Below are positions 11,953 through 26,270 of a stretch of DNA of 64,000 nucleotides, one piece after another. The stretch comes from Magallana gigas. Taxonomy: Eukaryota. The stretch spans positions 45,942,001-46,006,000 of the forward strand of contig NC_088859.1 in the NCBI RefSeq assembly GCF_963853765.1, in the 5' to 3' direction. The translations under genes were made by a program, and so were the position numbers. The notes below the pieces were generated by a model that worked only from the letters and a program-made list of their open reading frames with translations, was not told where the DNA came from and searched no databases. The first letter of the stretch is position 1; every line of letters begins with the position of its first letter.

Positions 11953-13245
11953 TTAACGGCGGATGATGGTCCCATTATCTCTGTTCATCATATGATATGG
12001 GACTTGCTCATGTTTAATATATATGACGCTTCTTCAAAGTGTATCATTCAAGGTATGTTTATGGTGAGTTACTACACTCTCTCATTATATCGTTAAAACC
12101 TATTCATGATGAATATATATATAATGCACCTTTCAGTACATTACACCATTCAGATATATTTCATTCTCTTTATACTCCCCACATATCTATGAATATAATA
12201 ATTCCTTTAATGCATCTTACGCGCCCTGTTCATGGTAAATCTGATAAAATCTCTTAGAACATCACGTGGAGTTATCTCACAATTTGAACACGATTCACTG
12301 CCCTCTGTTCTTTATTCACACGGAATCTGTTTACAGCGGGCGTGATTCCTGTACATCTTTGCTTGATTTAATGTCGGACTGGGACATTTTCTATAACTAG
12401 AAAATTAGATGCGTTGTCTCGGAACAAATTAATCCGAATATTTTGATCTCTATCACAATGTCTCTAACACAAAAAGAGCGACTTAAAAGAGCATATTTAT
12501 CAATACCACGGATCAAATAAATTAAGAATCTCCGTGAATAGATCACAGGCATTTCCTCAATTTTTTTTGTTCTTGTATATTTTTTTTTATTTGCGCAAGC
12601 AATATGGTAAAATCATTGTGTATAAATCTATTTCTTTCACACATTTGTGTTTTGCAGACAATGAAGAGATGTTGAAGGACGAGATTTAAATACACACAAG
12701 ATATAAGCAGGCAAGAAATGAGGTGTAAAACATTGATAACATGAACTATCTAAAATTTCTACACGTAAAATCACAAGCTAGTGCTATCTTCTCATATAAA
12801 ATTTCTGCATGATAGATAGACAAGCCTATATAAATTCTAAAAAAGCAACCCATAAATAAAGAGTTTATCCAATACATCGTATGATATTTCTGCTCATCTG
12901 TACTGCTCTTTTTAACTTTCTTAAACATTTTTTTTTATTTTCGAAGAGTTTATTTTTTAAACTCTGTACAATTTAGATAATATATTAATCATAGTGTAAG
13001 AGAATTTTTTAAAAGTGTATTCAAATTAGACTTAAAAATCACCATGTAGGTGACCAAAACAATAATGAAGTTCCCTAGAATTTTGCTTGTTAGAAAATTT
13101 TCATCCTACATCTTTTTATAAAAATACTGTATAATGTGGAACTTTTCAAATTTACAACACTGTAATTTCCCCTGAAATACAAAACACAACACTACATGTT
13201 AATACATAACGTATTGTGTTACATATAAATGTTAATGTTTTGAAT

Positions 13246-13396
13246 GTCTATATCTTTTCAATTATACATATTTAGTCTACTAAATAATAAATAATATTGT
13301 TTTAAACGTCTACATCTTTTCAATTATACATACTACTAAATAATAAATGATATTGTTTTAAACGTCTTTATCTTTTCAATCATATATACTACTAAA
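13246..13396. repeat. ~57-62-bp AT-rich tandem repeat, ~2.5 copies
   Basis: TCTTTTCAATTATACATA...CTACTAAATAATAAAT...TTGTTTTAAACGTCT repeated. Confidence 0.7.
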
Positions 13397-16300
13397 TTTT
13401 CAAAAGGATTAAAAAATCAGGATGGTCTAAATTTTGAGCAGTTTCTATAATACAGCTCCAATGAAACTAGACATGCAATACTAGTGTATGACATTACGTT
13501 TGCGCAACCTTCGGCTTGTATAAAGACAACATAAGACAGCAAACATAGCGGGGACTAAATATTCTCAATGGGATATAAAACTACTCACAAATAAAAAAAG
13601 ATACCTTAAGATCTTTTACAGAACTTTTATTTATAAAACAGTAAAAACTGAAAGCAGTCTATGAATTGTATTCTTTTAAACAATGAATTCAATTTGAAAG
13701 AACCCTTGGTTATTAAATACCATGGTAAAACCAAAAAAAAGAAAAGAAGAAGTTTCATCAAACAAGAGGTTTTATTCTGGGCATTTTACGATGGTTACTG
13801 CATTTAGATTTGGAAAGGTCAGAAGCAACCACAAGACAAACTGACGTTTTACAGCGTTTCGATTTCTATCAAACGATCAAAGAATTCTCCTCTAGATCAT
13901 AAGAAGAGCACAAAAGAATTCCATGATCTTTGATGTTTGTGAATAATGTGACGTTTTGCATACGGAAGAGAGGAATAGTTAAAGACGTTCTCCTCGTCGT
14001 CATCAAACTATAATATAAAACGGGACATCCATTTCCTACTCCCTACCTTCAAACAGCATCATTAAACTCGCCATTAAACAACAATTAAGGTAATACAATG
14101 TGCGTGTAGTGATTGCGGTGATTGTGAAATGATAGAGTTGGCATTAACATGATGTTCGGTAATCGAAACCAAATTTCTCCGAAATAGAATTCCTACCTAG
14201 GCTATTGAAACAAACTGCTGTATCACGCCAATCGATCAACAAGCAGTTGATAAATATAGAAATAGTTCCTTTTCTTACCGACCATATTTCCGCAGATAGA
14301 AACAATTTAGCCCCACGGAAATAAACTCTACCTGTTATAGAGCGGCGCTTTTTTGTAAAGGTAAATTCAGAGTCAATAAATTGAAAATTAAATAAATAGA
14401 TTTTGAGCAATTACTGGTAATCAGACGAGTGAAGAATAAAAGGTCATTGATCTTCATCTTATAGAGGTTTTGCATTTTTCTTGTTCCTGATATTGAATTC
14501 ACTGACAATTCATATTCACTGCGTTTTTATGCTTTTCATCTACCTCACACAAAGGATCTTTCATCATAGTTTGCCTTTGAGAAAAATATGATCGATGTTT
14601 CAATCCCGACTTGAGCATGAGGTAGAAGTTAAAAGTTTACATGTCTGGATTTTTTAACACGATTACCCTCCATAGAAGTGAGAACAGACACGTGTTTCTT
14701 CATCTCAAAGGGAGTTGCCATCATCATTGCAAAGTTGGCAAAGTAGAATACTGAGTATTTGATCTATCTGAATCTGTTGAATCTGGACTGCCGTACAGAC
14801 CAATACGGGAGAAAACTTTAGTTTTACACTATTTAAGCTTATGTTACATTTACAATGTATAAGTATATGGAATACAGGGACATCTTCAATTTATGTTAAA
14901 TAGTAAATTATTGTAACTGTGGATTGATACAAATATTTAGTTGGAAAGACAGACTAAAACATTGTGCATTGACAGAATAAAAGAGACACACACACATGGG
15001 TGAAGCTATTTTAATTGTGGATACTATTGGGTTTTGTAGGTTTTCTTCTCGTTATTAATTCAATCCGGAACTCTGATTTACTGATAAATTTCACCCTTTC
15101 GTTGTTACTCGCCATCTTTCCAAAAACAGAAGATGTTAATCACTGTATCCCAATCGAATATCAATAACTTATGTAAAATAAACCATTATTCCGTGATAAA
15201 AAGAGAATACTATGTATTTTATTCATTAATAAGTAAGCGTATTATTTGTTAGGTCCTGAGGGGCCAAAGGCAGGTTTTGCATTTCACGTGCTTCTGGGGT
15301 GCACCATAAGTTGGTGCTCTCAAATGCATTTGTCGTCGTATGTAGCCATCGACTGTATCGAAAAAACCCATTGGCTAAGTCACACCAAATGATCTTAGTA
15401 TCTTTGATTTTTCTTGAGTAAAACAATTTTGAACCAGCGACCACCTCCATCGAATCAAGGGGTTGATTTTATTGGCAGTTTATGCCGTGTATAATCATTT
15501 CGCTGAACCAGTCATTAGATTATAAAATGAATTATCACTACTCTGGTCATCGAAGCTTATCATTATATATCAAAAATCTAATAACATTATGAGGTTCACT
15601 TTTCGTGAAGGATTATTAGATGATGAATTACATACCATCTACTCAAAGTAGATAAGGTTAATTGAAAATGATCATATTCTACCTTTTCCAAAAGAAAAAT
15701 CGATGATTTGGCGATCCTTGATTGATTATTTTTTTATATTATTGCCACAACATTGTAATTAATAGTTTAGGATCGTTATTAAATGTTGATCAGTAAACTG
15801 AAGGAAACTGGTTCATTAACCAGTTATTATTATTCATTAAAATGCTCGGCAGCTTTAGAACCAATTCTCCAATAACTGAAGTACCATTTTCAGCCCAAGT
15901 ATTTGAGCTTGCATGATAAATAGAATGGCAAGAAAGTAAGTCTTGTAAGCTCTACAACAGCTTTCATAGATTTATCAGATACAATACAATATCAAATGAA
16001 CGAATATCAAATACTTCCGCAAAAAAGAACTGTAAAGCGTATAAAAAAACAAAGGATAGTTGCTATATATACATGTACAATCAAGGTTAACTCCAATGAT
16101 TTAAACTGATATTGTTGATGTTCTTTTTTTAAAGACTGAACATTTTTGTAGATTTTTAAAATCGTATCTAAATCAAAAAAATATATCTTCCTTACATTGC
16201 AACATATTGGCCATTAAAATAAATTTTGTTCACATTTATTTTCTACCATGCAGTAACAAAAAAAAATGAACTCTGTATACCTTTGTCCAATTAAGACTTA

Positions 16301-16749
16301 CAAGGAAGATGGTAACGGCATGTACTTTTATGATATACTTAGTACCTTCCATTTGAACAAGTCTCTTAACCCACGTGGTTACTATTCCCAGAACACGCTT
16401 TTCCTGTCTGTATGACTCACATGATATATCTCAAATCCACACAATCTATAAGAATTTCTACGATTTCTTCTCCACCATAAGCTTTCTAATTTCTATAGAC
16501 CTCACGATATGCCACGGTGCTATAGATAAAAGAATGGAAAAAATTCTCGTGATGGTTAAACTAACTAATAATCTCACGAGATATTTGAAACTAAAAATCT
16601 TGAAATTTAAATATATGATTTGCCCTTTATTGTTGCATATTTTTCAAAACTATTTCCCTAAAATGAATGTTTCTTTTCTTTTATCTTAATTTTTACAAGA
16701 CATTGTTTAAAATGTTTCTATCGACTTAAAAGAAAAGAAATTATTATTA

Positions 16750-17001
16750 GAACCATTTTAACAAGACCTTGGACTTTCGGTATGATGTAACTATCTTTTT
16801 CTTGCGTCAAAACAAGAAAAAAAAATGACACTGCTTTTGAGTGAAACATGCACAGATTGCGTAGTCTTCGCTCAACAGTCAGACAAATCTTGTTGATTTC
16901 AAAGAGCCCAGGCTAATTGACCAACAATGAAATAGACAGGCCTACGTCACATTGCTGTTTGACAAAACTACCCAAAGTCCAAGTTCTTGTTAAAATGGTT
17001 C
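16750..17001. mobile_element. MITE (~252 bp), TA-flanked
   Basis: 28-bp TIR GAACCATTTTAACAAGACCTTGGACTTT with 1 mismatch; TA on both sides. Confidence 0.75.
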
Positions 17002-17807
17002 TACATTGAACACATTTTATAACAAGTTTTTGTTCTTATTTATCGACAATCATTAATGTACAGTGTAATGGTTTTCATTTAATTTTATTTTTACTATCAA
17101 TGCATGTAAAATAAATATTTGGTCAAACAGTTTGATGTTGCAACTTTCTTCGCCGGAAATACCCCCTTAAATTTCGAGAAATTGGACAAACATTTACTAT
17201 ATAAAAGATAGCTTTACAAAATAATGATCCTATAAAGTCATTAAAAATCAACACGGGGGGTAGAATTCATCCATTCATCACATCTTGGCAGACCAAAGAA
17301 ATGCACACACGAATTAACCATTACAGTTTCATTGCAGTTTCTGCAAAAACATTTTGCAATCAATAGGAAAAGCTTTCTTTCTTGGTTGCTTAGAAATATC
17401 TTACGATTTCATAGTTAAAATTGTTTTCTTCATTCTTTTCATGCAGTATTATTCAACCAAGCATGTGTCAGTCATCAACGAAAAGAGAAACAATTTTCAG
17501 CAAAATATCTCAATCAGAAATCTGAGTAGATATCTGGAATAATTTCACTTACTTTTTGTGGGATATGATGGACCTAGTCACCGTGAACTTGGTACACACG
17601 AATACACAAATTTGCCAAAATGTTTTTGTAACAGTTTGTCTACTAAAAGAACAAATATTTACCGGAACAAGAAATGAATTCTTCTTGCACAAAATGATGT
17701 TTCATACTTGTTACTTTCTCGATGTGGGCTTTAAAATATCTAACATACAAGTTTATTTTTCAAACTGTTCAGCACATTAATTTTATCTACATATTTCAGC
17801 ATCCAGT

Positions 17808-17840
<33 letters not shown>

Positions 17841-17927
17841 ATGTAAATACAAAATTAACAATAAGTTGTCATACTGTAAATTTAATATTTAAACCCAACC
17901 TGTAAATTCAAAATTTACAATGTGACA
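17808..17927. mobile_element. Small inverted-repeat element (120 bp)
   Basis: 26-bp arms TGTCATATTGTAAATTTTGAATTTAC, 25/26 match; internal partial copy of the arm. Confidence 0.55.
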
Positions 17928-19506
17928 CTGCTGTCGGTTACTGCCGATTAAACTCTAAATATGCCAACGTAAGGTTTGCAATGCTAGGTCGCACCAGTCG
18001 TTCTATACACCTTATTGATATTGCATTTCAACATTAACCTACAAACAATGACATCTTTCACAAAACAAAACTGAGCGGTTTTTGAAATTTTCTTACAATA
18101 CAAGCCCCTTTTGAATTTAAACGATATAATGAAATCGATTACAGCGAAATAGCAGAGAAACCGTTTCTTAGTTCTTTCCTTACTATTTTCCCTTGACAGC
18201 AGTGAACAATCATCTCTCTAGTTATTTTGACAGAGGTGTCAGCTGGGGGACGTCTTCCTATCCATATACATGTATTTATAACAGAACTGTTTTGTCTGGC
18301 TTTAAAATGGTACAGCATGGAAATCGAATTCCAAGAGATCCGAAATATTGAACTTTTGACTTGGGATTGTATAGGTATTGACTGTTATTCCTACCTGCAT
18401 GTTGCAGGTCTCAGGAAGCACAAATCTTGCTCGTGGTCCGGTTTTGACACCATTTCAACTTCTCAAAACATTGTAATCTGACGTTATTGAATTCTTAAAG
18501 CATGACAAGTTTCTTCCTTCTCTCGGAAACCATCGTGATGAAATACCAAATCTTTACTTCGAATGTATTAATCATATGATAAACCTAGTATAATAAATGT
18601 ATTTTTCTATGGCTCTATATAATGACAAAGACCATTGAGTGTATACGTTGAACATAGTGTATAATTATAAAACTTACTTAATACCAGTAGTTATTTTTTT
18701 CTTAGTATCGGGCAATCAAAACATAGTAGTGAAACTTGCCAAGAAATCTTGTTTTTTTTTTTTTAATTTCAAAAATAAATGGCTTAATCTATAGCTAGTG
18801 ACCGTTAAGACCCATGGGCGTCTTATCGATTTCACCAGCATTGATGCTTTGACAAGGTATATAGATGCAATAGATTATAAACTTGTGGCATAGATACCGG
18901 ACAGTTATCAGAAGAAGTTTGATCATAAAAATATCGGTAAAATAATAAACATTCCGCACGTGTCTAAATAGTATCCTGTGTCTCAAAGTGGGATTTACCA
19001 TAAAGCCGTAACCACCGACTTTATTTGTTTGTGCCCGAGACCAAACGAAATTGCACCGATAAACTTTGAAGTCTCTAATTAACCAATAAAAACCTACGGG
19101 CCATTGTCATTTCATTGAAGTGATTTATACAACTTTGGTAGCCGTGTAATAACTTTTGCACTTTTGTACCGCAGATAGATCAGAAACACCCTTTTATTTG
19201 TGACTACAATCTCTTGTTACTAATGATAGGTTGAAAATGTCTGTCTTCCGAAACGGCCATACCCGTTTTGAGGAATCTACACAAAAACTTTAACATCAAA
19301 GGTAATTTGTTTAGTGTTGTGTTGTTTATAGTCAAATGAAAGTGAGCAAATAAGGCAGTTAATTAATTATATTGTTAGACTTTCATTCCACAAACAAAAT
19401 AGCTCGGAGGATTGAATATAATTTGGCAACTCAACAAGACGAATTCATGAAAAATTATTTTTATGCATCAACAACTTCACAGAGAATGAAACAGCAATAA
19501 CGGTAA

Positions 19507-20254
19507 TCAGTCGTAAACATTATTGAATAATCTGTCTGTTCGAGACGCTTTGCGCTCTTTTTGTAATCCGTTAGTCCTTAGTGTCACGTGACCATTAGTA
19601 TAATCTACCGACACATATCTAGTACTGGCGTACGAACTCAGTTGACGTGGAATTTCGTATGCTGCTTTCTTGCACATTAAGATAGTTTTTATCCTCGTGC
19701 GAATTTTTTTACTGAACAAACTGTATACGATTGGATTGATGCTACTGTTCGCACAGCCCAGCCATTGGCAGATTGGGATGACGTAATTAAATAGAATGAA
19801 GTCGTCTTTCGACGGTGGATCCATTCGCATTTTTATCTGTATCACCCACAGTGGAAACCAAGACGCAGCAAAGAGTACCACAACGACTACCAACATCTTG
19901 ACCACTTTTATTTTGGACCTGTGTATTATCCCGTTAGATCCATACACACCCGGCGCTTTCCTGTGCCAGACTTTATATCCAATCACACAATAACACGTGG
20001 TAATCAACACCAGAGGAATGGAATAACAAAACAATAAAGAACCAGCCAGGAAGTAGATTGTCTCAAACGTCGTGGACGGCCACCTCGGTGAACAGACGTA
20101 TGTCAGGTCCGGGTGGGAACTGTACAGTTCCAAGTTATAAACCACTAGGTACGGTATCATCAAGACCACGCTGAAAGTCCAGATGCCGCACATTATTATT
20201 TTACAGGTTCTCCATGTTATTTTGTAGCTTAAAGGATAACATATGGCCAGGCAC
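19507..20254 (-). CDS. Receptor A (SIFamide/NPFF-receptor-like class A GPCR), exon 3: end of TM3 to C-terminus
   Basis: Acceptor ttattttgcAG|G, phase 2; CLAICYP, TM5 CYSIPL, TM6 FAASWFP, TM7 QWLGCANSSINPIVY; stop at 19507-19509. Confidence 0.9.
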
Positions 20255-20547
20255 CTGCAAAATAACAAAGAAACATCAAATAATAGGCCCACACAAAGCC
20301 GTCAATTATTTCCATTTCTACAATAAAACATAACAACATAGCATCAAGTAAATTGGTGGTATACTCAGGCTAATGTTTGAACGTGATTACGTGAATATAG
20401 GGGATAACGTAATAGCATGTAACTATAGCATACAGTAAGACGCCAAACTATAAATTTTCATCAAAAGGAATGCTGACATTAACCAAAAAAAGGAACTCCA
20501 ATAGGATAACCCCTGAATTAGTGCTTGGACTCGTCATATTTGCAATA

Positions 20548-20765
20548 CTATGGAATCATCATTGTTCGTGGGGGACCATTGTTTTTGGCTTTCGTGGTTA
20601 ACTCTTCTCACGAATTTACATCCCCACGAATGTATATACAAGCATTTGTTTAATATTTATCAAAATTATCCCGAACTTGCTACCAACAAAATTATGTCCC
20701 CGCGAACCAGAAAAATTTTGGCAACCCACGAACACTGACCCCCACGAATAAAAATTATTCCAAAG
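20548..20765. mobile_element. TA-flanked MITE (218 bp) in receptor A intron 2
   Basis: Imperfect ~27-bp TIR CTATGGAATCATCATTGTTCGTGGGGG; internal CCCACGAA sub-repeats. Confidence 0.7.
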
Positions 20766-21931
20766 TAGTTATCCATCGAAGAATTTTTTTTCAATTAAAA
20801 ATTGTTCTGTCACTATAAACCGATTTGTTGTATATGATGTGCTTTGCATAAAGCGAGGTTTTTTAAGCCAATACCCAAACAAAATGAAATCCAATGCATG
20901 TCATGAATAAACGTTAACCCGATGACACTGCAATTAGTAGTAGTATTTGCAGAGTTCATAAATGTGGATGGCATGTATTGCATTGTATTTATATTATGCG
21001 ACCCAAGGCATAACGTCTGATTTTTGGTAAATTACAAGTAAAAGATGGCACATGAATAAATAAACTGATTACGTATATTTCTAACAAGAAATCGTTAAAA
21101 ATGTGATAACATAAACAAATCCAGAAACTTGGAAACATTTGATGCAATTTATCAAACGCCACATTCTTTCGGGAATGAAAGTGATTAAAGTTAAAGCAAA
21201 CAACTCCTCCCCACCATCCTGGTACCACAGTTACTATAATGCATGTGTAACTGCATCTTAGGCATACGTTTTGAACAAAGTGGTAACTTATCCAATATTT
21301 CTGTGGTGTAAAGGAAATACGAGATGGCTGCACATCATCATGGTTTTCTATTTCAGACTGCTTGGAGGCCAAGAACAATTTATTTTATTGTTTTATGACT
21401 GGATATCAATAATTTCCATGACAAAAGATAGCAACAAGAGATATCAAACACGCACAATCTTTGAGCCCTTCTTCTTTTTCGTTAAAAAATGCATTCACTG
21501 CGTTGTCTCCTCGGTAAAAAAATAAGATATCAGTATCGTTGTATTCGTTCAAATGAGTTACTGCACAAGAAGACGCATGGTATGGTAATAAATTAATACA
21601 TGTTAGGGATGTTTCATACTTATTTTACTACTTATATAGTTTGCAAATTTTACAAACATCCTTAGGGCGATGAGGTGAATGAGGTGAATTTCCGATCTCA
21701 TGTATCTCGTGATTTGAAGCGCGTGTTCTTAATTAATCAAACTACCCCGATAGCAACAAGCCAAGATATTTTACAAAACTGTTCAACAGAGCGATGGGAC
21801 ATTTACAATTATGTTCTTCCGATCAACAATTCAATCAACAGAACGTTTTTATTCCGATACAGAGGAGATAAAAACAACTGTGACGAGGGAAAAAACAAAT
21901 CAAGTTGAGTTCAGACGGATCGCTTTAATAC

Positions 21932-22031
21932 CTGTCAATCGCTATGGCTGCCAAAGTATTCACCGAGGCACAGACGGAGATTCCTTGAAGAAAAGGCGTC
22001 AACTTACACAGCACTGCACCATACCGCCAGT
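21932..22031 (-). CDS. Receptor A exon 2 ([34 protein letters not shown])
   Basis: 100-nt exon not in the ORF track; acceptor ctcccttacAG, donor GACAG|GTATTA; ECL1 WxxG..C motif and TM3. Confidence 0.92.
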
Positions 22032-24809
22032 CTGTAAGGGAGAAAAAATATCAGACAATGGTTTGGTTAAATATATTTAAATTATCTATTGCTGCCAGTT
22101 CAAAGGACAGAATTTCTAAGGAACCTTTAACAAAATGGTGTTTGTCGTTAAACAGACACATATTCATCATGTTATAAAAAAATCACAATAATTTTTTTGC
22201 AGCTGTAAGCCATTTTGATTGTAATGATACACCTTTCTGTGGAAACATACAAGATGTAATGGCACTTAAATATGAACGGAATGTCATTTCTGTCAGATTG
22301 CAAACGGAAATGATCTGCAACCGCAAACTTGAGCAACGTTTCGCGATGCACGAAACTATCTGGTCTTTGTAACATCTAAATCTTTCAGAAATCGGTACAT
22401 GACTTGAAAAGTTTCTCAAAAACATCTTGATCGAAGAAAACATTTGGAAAACGCATTATTCTGAACAAAGGATTGCACTTTCTGATTGTTTAGTCTCACT
22501 ATCCACCACAGGTCATTACTGTTGTATAAGGTCAGTGCCGATTGGAGTGTACTGGGTTCAATTATCTATTTATCAATTTAATTAACTATATGCATGTGAT
22601 GTAAATGCTAGCATTTTATCTCTGCTTTCCCCTGCGTGAAAAGGATATATGTGCGTTTAATTACGCTGTTCAATTCAATGCCCTAGACATTGTGTCGGGG
22701 TAGCCTTGACCTTTGAAACATGCTTATACACCGAGGCTTTATTGATATTTGAGCCCAGGGTCGATCATCTTTGGATTTTTGTTATAGATTCAGAGTTGCC
22801 TTGTCTTGGACGATCTCTTTCTTTCACCTGTCCAATTAATATCATGTAATCTTGATGAATCTGCAAAATTGTCCTTGTTCCGTAAAATATGAACGTGTTT
22901 TTGAATTTAGAAAATAATGGAATCGCTTAGGGCCTGTACGTATTCTATTTAATTCACGAAAGCACCGTGTTTCTTTCGATGTTAAAGTTGTCAAATGATA
23001 TAACCAGCCTGGAAAAATCGCAGAGAGTCGATGTTTGCAAAATAAAATAAATTTTGCGTCCAATTTCCGGTAGCAAACCATAAATGATCGAAATGTCAAA
23101 GACCGCCAAATCCCATCATTTTAATCATTTATCGAGACAAAGTTGTAGAATATTGTCAATAGATCCCCAAGGCCGTCTTAATCTTGTCTGATCCCGAGTG
23201 AATATAGAAGGACTTGCGTAACATAACTCATTATTGAATGAAATTTGAAAATTTCTAGATAAGCATTGAAACAGATGGACATGGTCTACTTATTTTACAA
23301 CAATTAGTTAAATATCACTCCAAACCTTAGAGAAAGCCATGCCCCATTTCAACTGCTTGGAAGTTCCCAGATAGATACGTCTGGCATTACTAATTATTTC
23401 TGTATGGTCTAATTCCAATCTAAATTTAGTATGTACTACTACATGGTGTACTGTAAATTGGTCTAAATGTCAGATATTTTTTCTCAAAGAACAACTTAAG
23501 CATGAGAATTATTGAACTGACAACATTGGCTTGAAGAAACAGAGAAGGTGATTTGTCAAACTTGAGACTTTCGCTCTGCAGAGGGACATATGAAGGAGTG
23601 TCCTCATCACGTCGTTCGTCGCCTAAAGAGGAACCCTGATGTATTTCATGACTCATAACCGCATCACTGCCATATGGATCCATCAGAGTGACCTTGAACT
23701 TGACCCAAAGGCATCATTAATGGAGTTTTAATTACGAATGAAAACCTTTGATATGAATTGATCAAAATCGAGAGCGATACAAACCGGACAAGAACCGATA
23801 ATAATTCTGAGGCTGTAAAATAAAAGACCCCTATACCATTGCCATTACTGTACCCAGTAAAGACAACTGTACAAAGAAGATAAGGTTAATTTTGCCGAAC
23901 TTTGCCCAAACTTAAAAAAATAAACCTGAAACGAAGCGGGTCATTTTTAAGTTTGTCGTGAAATATTGTAACTTTATCTTGTTAGTCATTTTCTTGTTAA
24001 AATTAAGTTTGATCCCACAAGATTCGTCGCTGGGTAAGGTTTAGCAATACAACCTTACTCTCTAGAAGTAGAAGGTCGTCATATGAACGTGACATATTCC
24101 AACGAACATGTGTGACATACACTTATGATTTGGTTACTGTGCCTAAGCCAAGGTCTCCAGCGACACCGGGGCCCGATGTTAGCGATTTTTATTGTCAAAT
24201 TTAAAATTTGATTTCTTACATGTCAGTTTTCTTATGGTCGGAACTTGAGAATCATTATTCCCTGTGAGAAATTTCTATTCTTAAAGAATTAATTTGGTGC
24301 TTATTTCTTGTCCATTTGACCTTTTTAAAAAGATATAAATTAAAAGATTCCAATCTACTTGACTATATAGAGAGTATAATCTTTTTATTGAAGACGTAGT
24401 CAATGGTTATTATGTGTCAGATATCTTATTCTTTTTTAGGCCAATGCAGAAGTATGGAGTACGAATACCGGAATATGATGTTACATCGGACATTATTCCA
24501 ACATCTCAAGCCATGGTCCGAAGAGCGGACTCCTCCAGGTGGGAGAGTATTGTACATGTTGGCCGTGGTTTGCGCTGATGACATAATGTATGTTATGTCC
24601 TTTATTTGAAACGACTTTTTTTTTGCAACCTATCAATTATAAACTGGTTTGTAGCAATTCATTTTACGACAAAGCTTTTTTTTTTCAATAAATTCGCGAC
24701 AAGAAATATTTGCAATAAAAAGTCCTTGCAAACAACAATGCTATAACAAATTCGTTGTTTAGTAAATTCACGTTTTGGCAATAACGATGATATTAAGATA
24801 CATCATGTA

Positions 24810-26270
24810 AATATCTACATTTTCACATAATTTAGAATAGATAAGAAAAACATACATGTTTTAACATATGAGGCATTTAAAAACAGTAAAGGTAAGGCGC
24901 TTGAATAAAAGTTCTTCTAATTGCAAATAGTATTGACGTCTGTGGGAGGATTGAAACGAAAATAAAAGGCTATATGGAACATATGAATGCCATAAATCGT
25001 CTATCATCCTATTGTTTTGTTTTTTGCTTTTGAACATCTCGAGAACGTCTTGTTTGAGTATCGCCATTATCAATATACATCAAATACAGAATTTACAGTA
25101 TGACACTAGAATAAAGAACTTTAAGATTGAGATTTGAATCCATCAGGTTCAGGTACAGTTGACAAATCATCTTTCTCAGTATCTATTTTTCGTTGACTTG
25201 AAGTACAAAATATTGATTTTCACATGCTCCTAAGCTGTTAAAGTATGAAATTGTATTTCATAATAATAATTTTGGGTTTTCTCTTTCTTTTTAACATTGT
25301 TCTTTATTACTTTGTTATAAATGGATCAAGGTAACCTTATTCTAACTACGTCAATCGGATACGTGGCTGTCTATCATATATATTCATTAAAGTAAACTAA
25401 CAGATTAATTAATTTATACACTAACACTTATTTTTGATGTGCGAAGTTTCATTTGATGAAAATGAATCTTTGTTACCCGATTTAAAAAACAGCATGTTTT
25501 ATCGCACAGAGCAAGATGACGCATGCACAGTTTGCAAACTACTATATCTTTATATCACGCTTACTTTCTTGTGCCTTTCATTTAAACGGCACTATTCAAC
25601 CTGACATCTTATTTGCTCACATAAGTTAGGTACTTCGGAGTTTTCAATTTTTTACCATATCTCTTCGTTGTGAAAACCCTAAACGTCTGATGACGTTTCT
25701 AATCAAATACTGATATTCCATTTTCTTTCGGTCCGCTGATTTGAAAAAAACCCAACTGTTACCGGTACCACTACCCACAAACAATGTACATTTTAACACA
25801 AATGAGCGAATTAAATTTATATTGCTACCACTTCTCGTTTCTCTGTGACGTCAGGCGACGTCATCTTTTTATAAAGTGAATTTTAACGAGAATATCTGTC
25901 TTTAGTTACTGACTTCTGTGCAACGAAATAAATCCCGTCAAAATTTGATACATAGAATATCACGACAATATACAGTCTAACTTGATGTTTTAATATACTT
26001 TTGGTTTTAAGCCCATTCTATAGACACTACATGGTTTATTGTTGACATGACACAGAATCTAGCCGTGCTCCTTGACCTCATTTTCTCAGGATTAAATTTT
26101 TAATGATTCTTAGTTATAAAGGAATATATTTTTTTAATTTTAATTTATTTGAAACTATTGCTCAATTATGTCTACCAAATTTAGTAACGATATGACGCAA
26201 AGTAAAATAGCTATGGCAAAATTCTTCATATGTTTTGATTGACCCTCGTATTGTACATGCATTATTTTCA
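24810..26270 (-). repeat. Intronic block (flank + eroded mariner-type element + flank), homologous to 49985-51742
   Basis: Colinear match to the receptor B intron-1 block when read in gene orientation; right TIR ...GATTGACCCTCG|TA ends at 26248, left TIR eroded near 25350. Confidence 0.8.

Noticed and set aside
13700-16000. ORF fragments at 14144-14410 and 15226-15450 as a possible decayed element
   Set aside because: No motif recognised in any frame; needs BLASTx.
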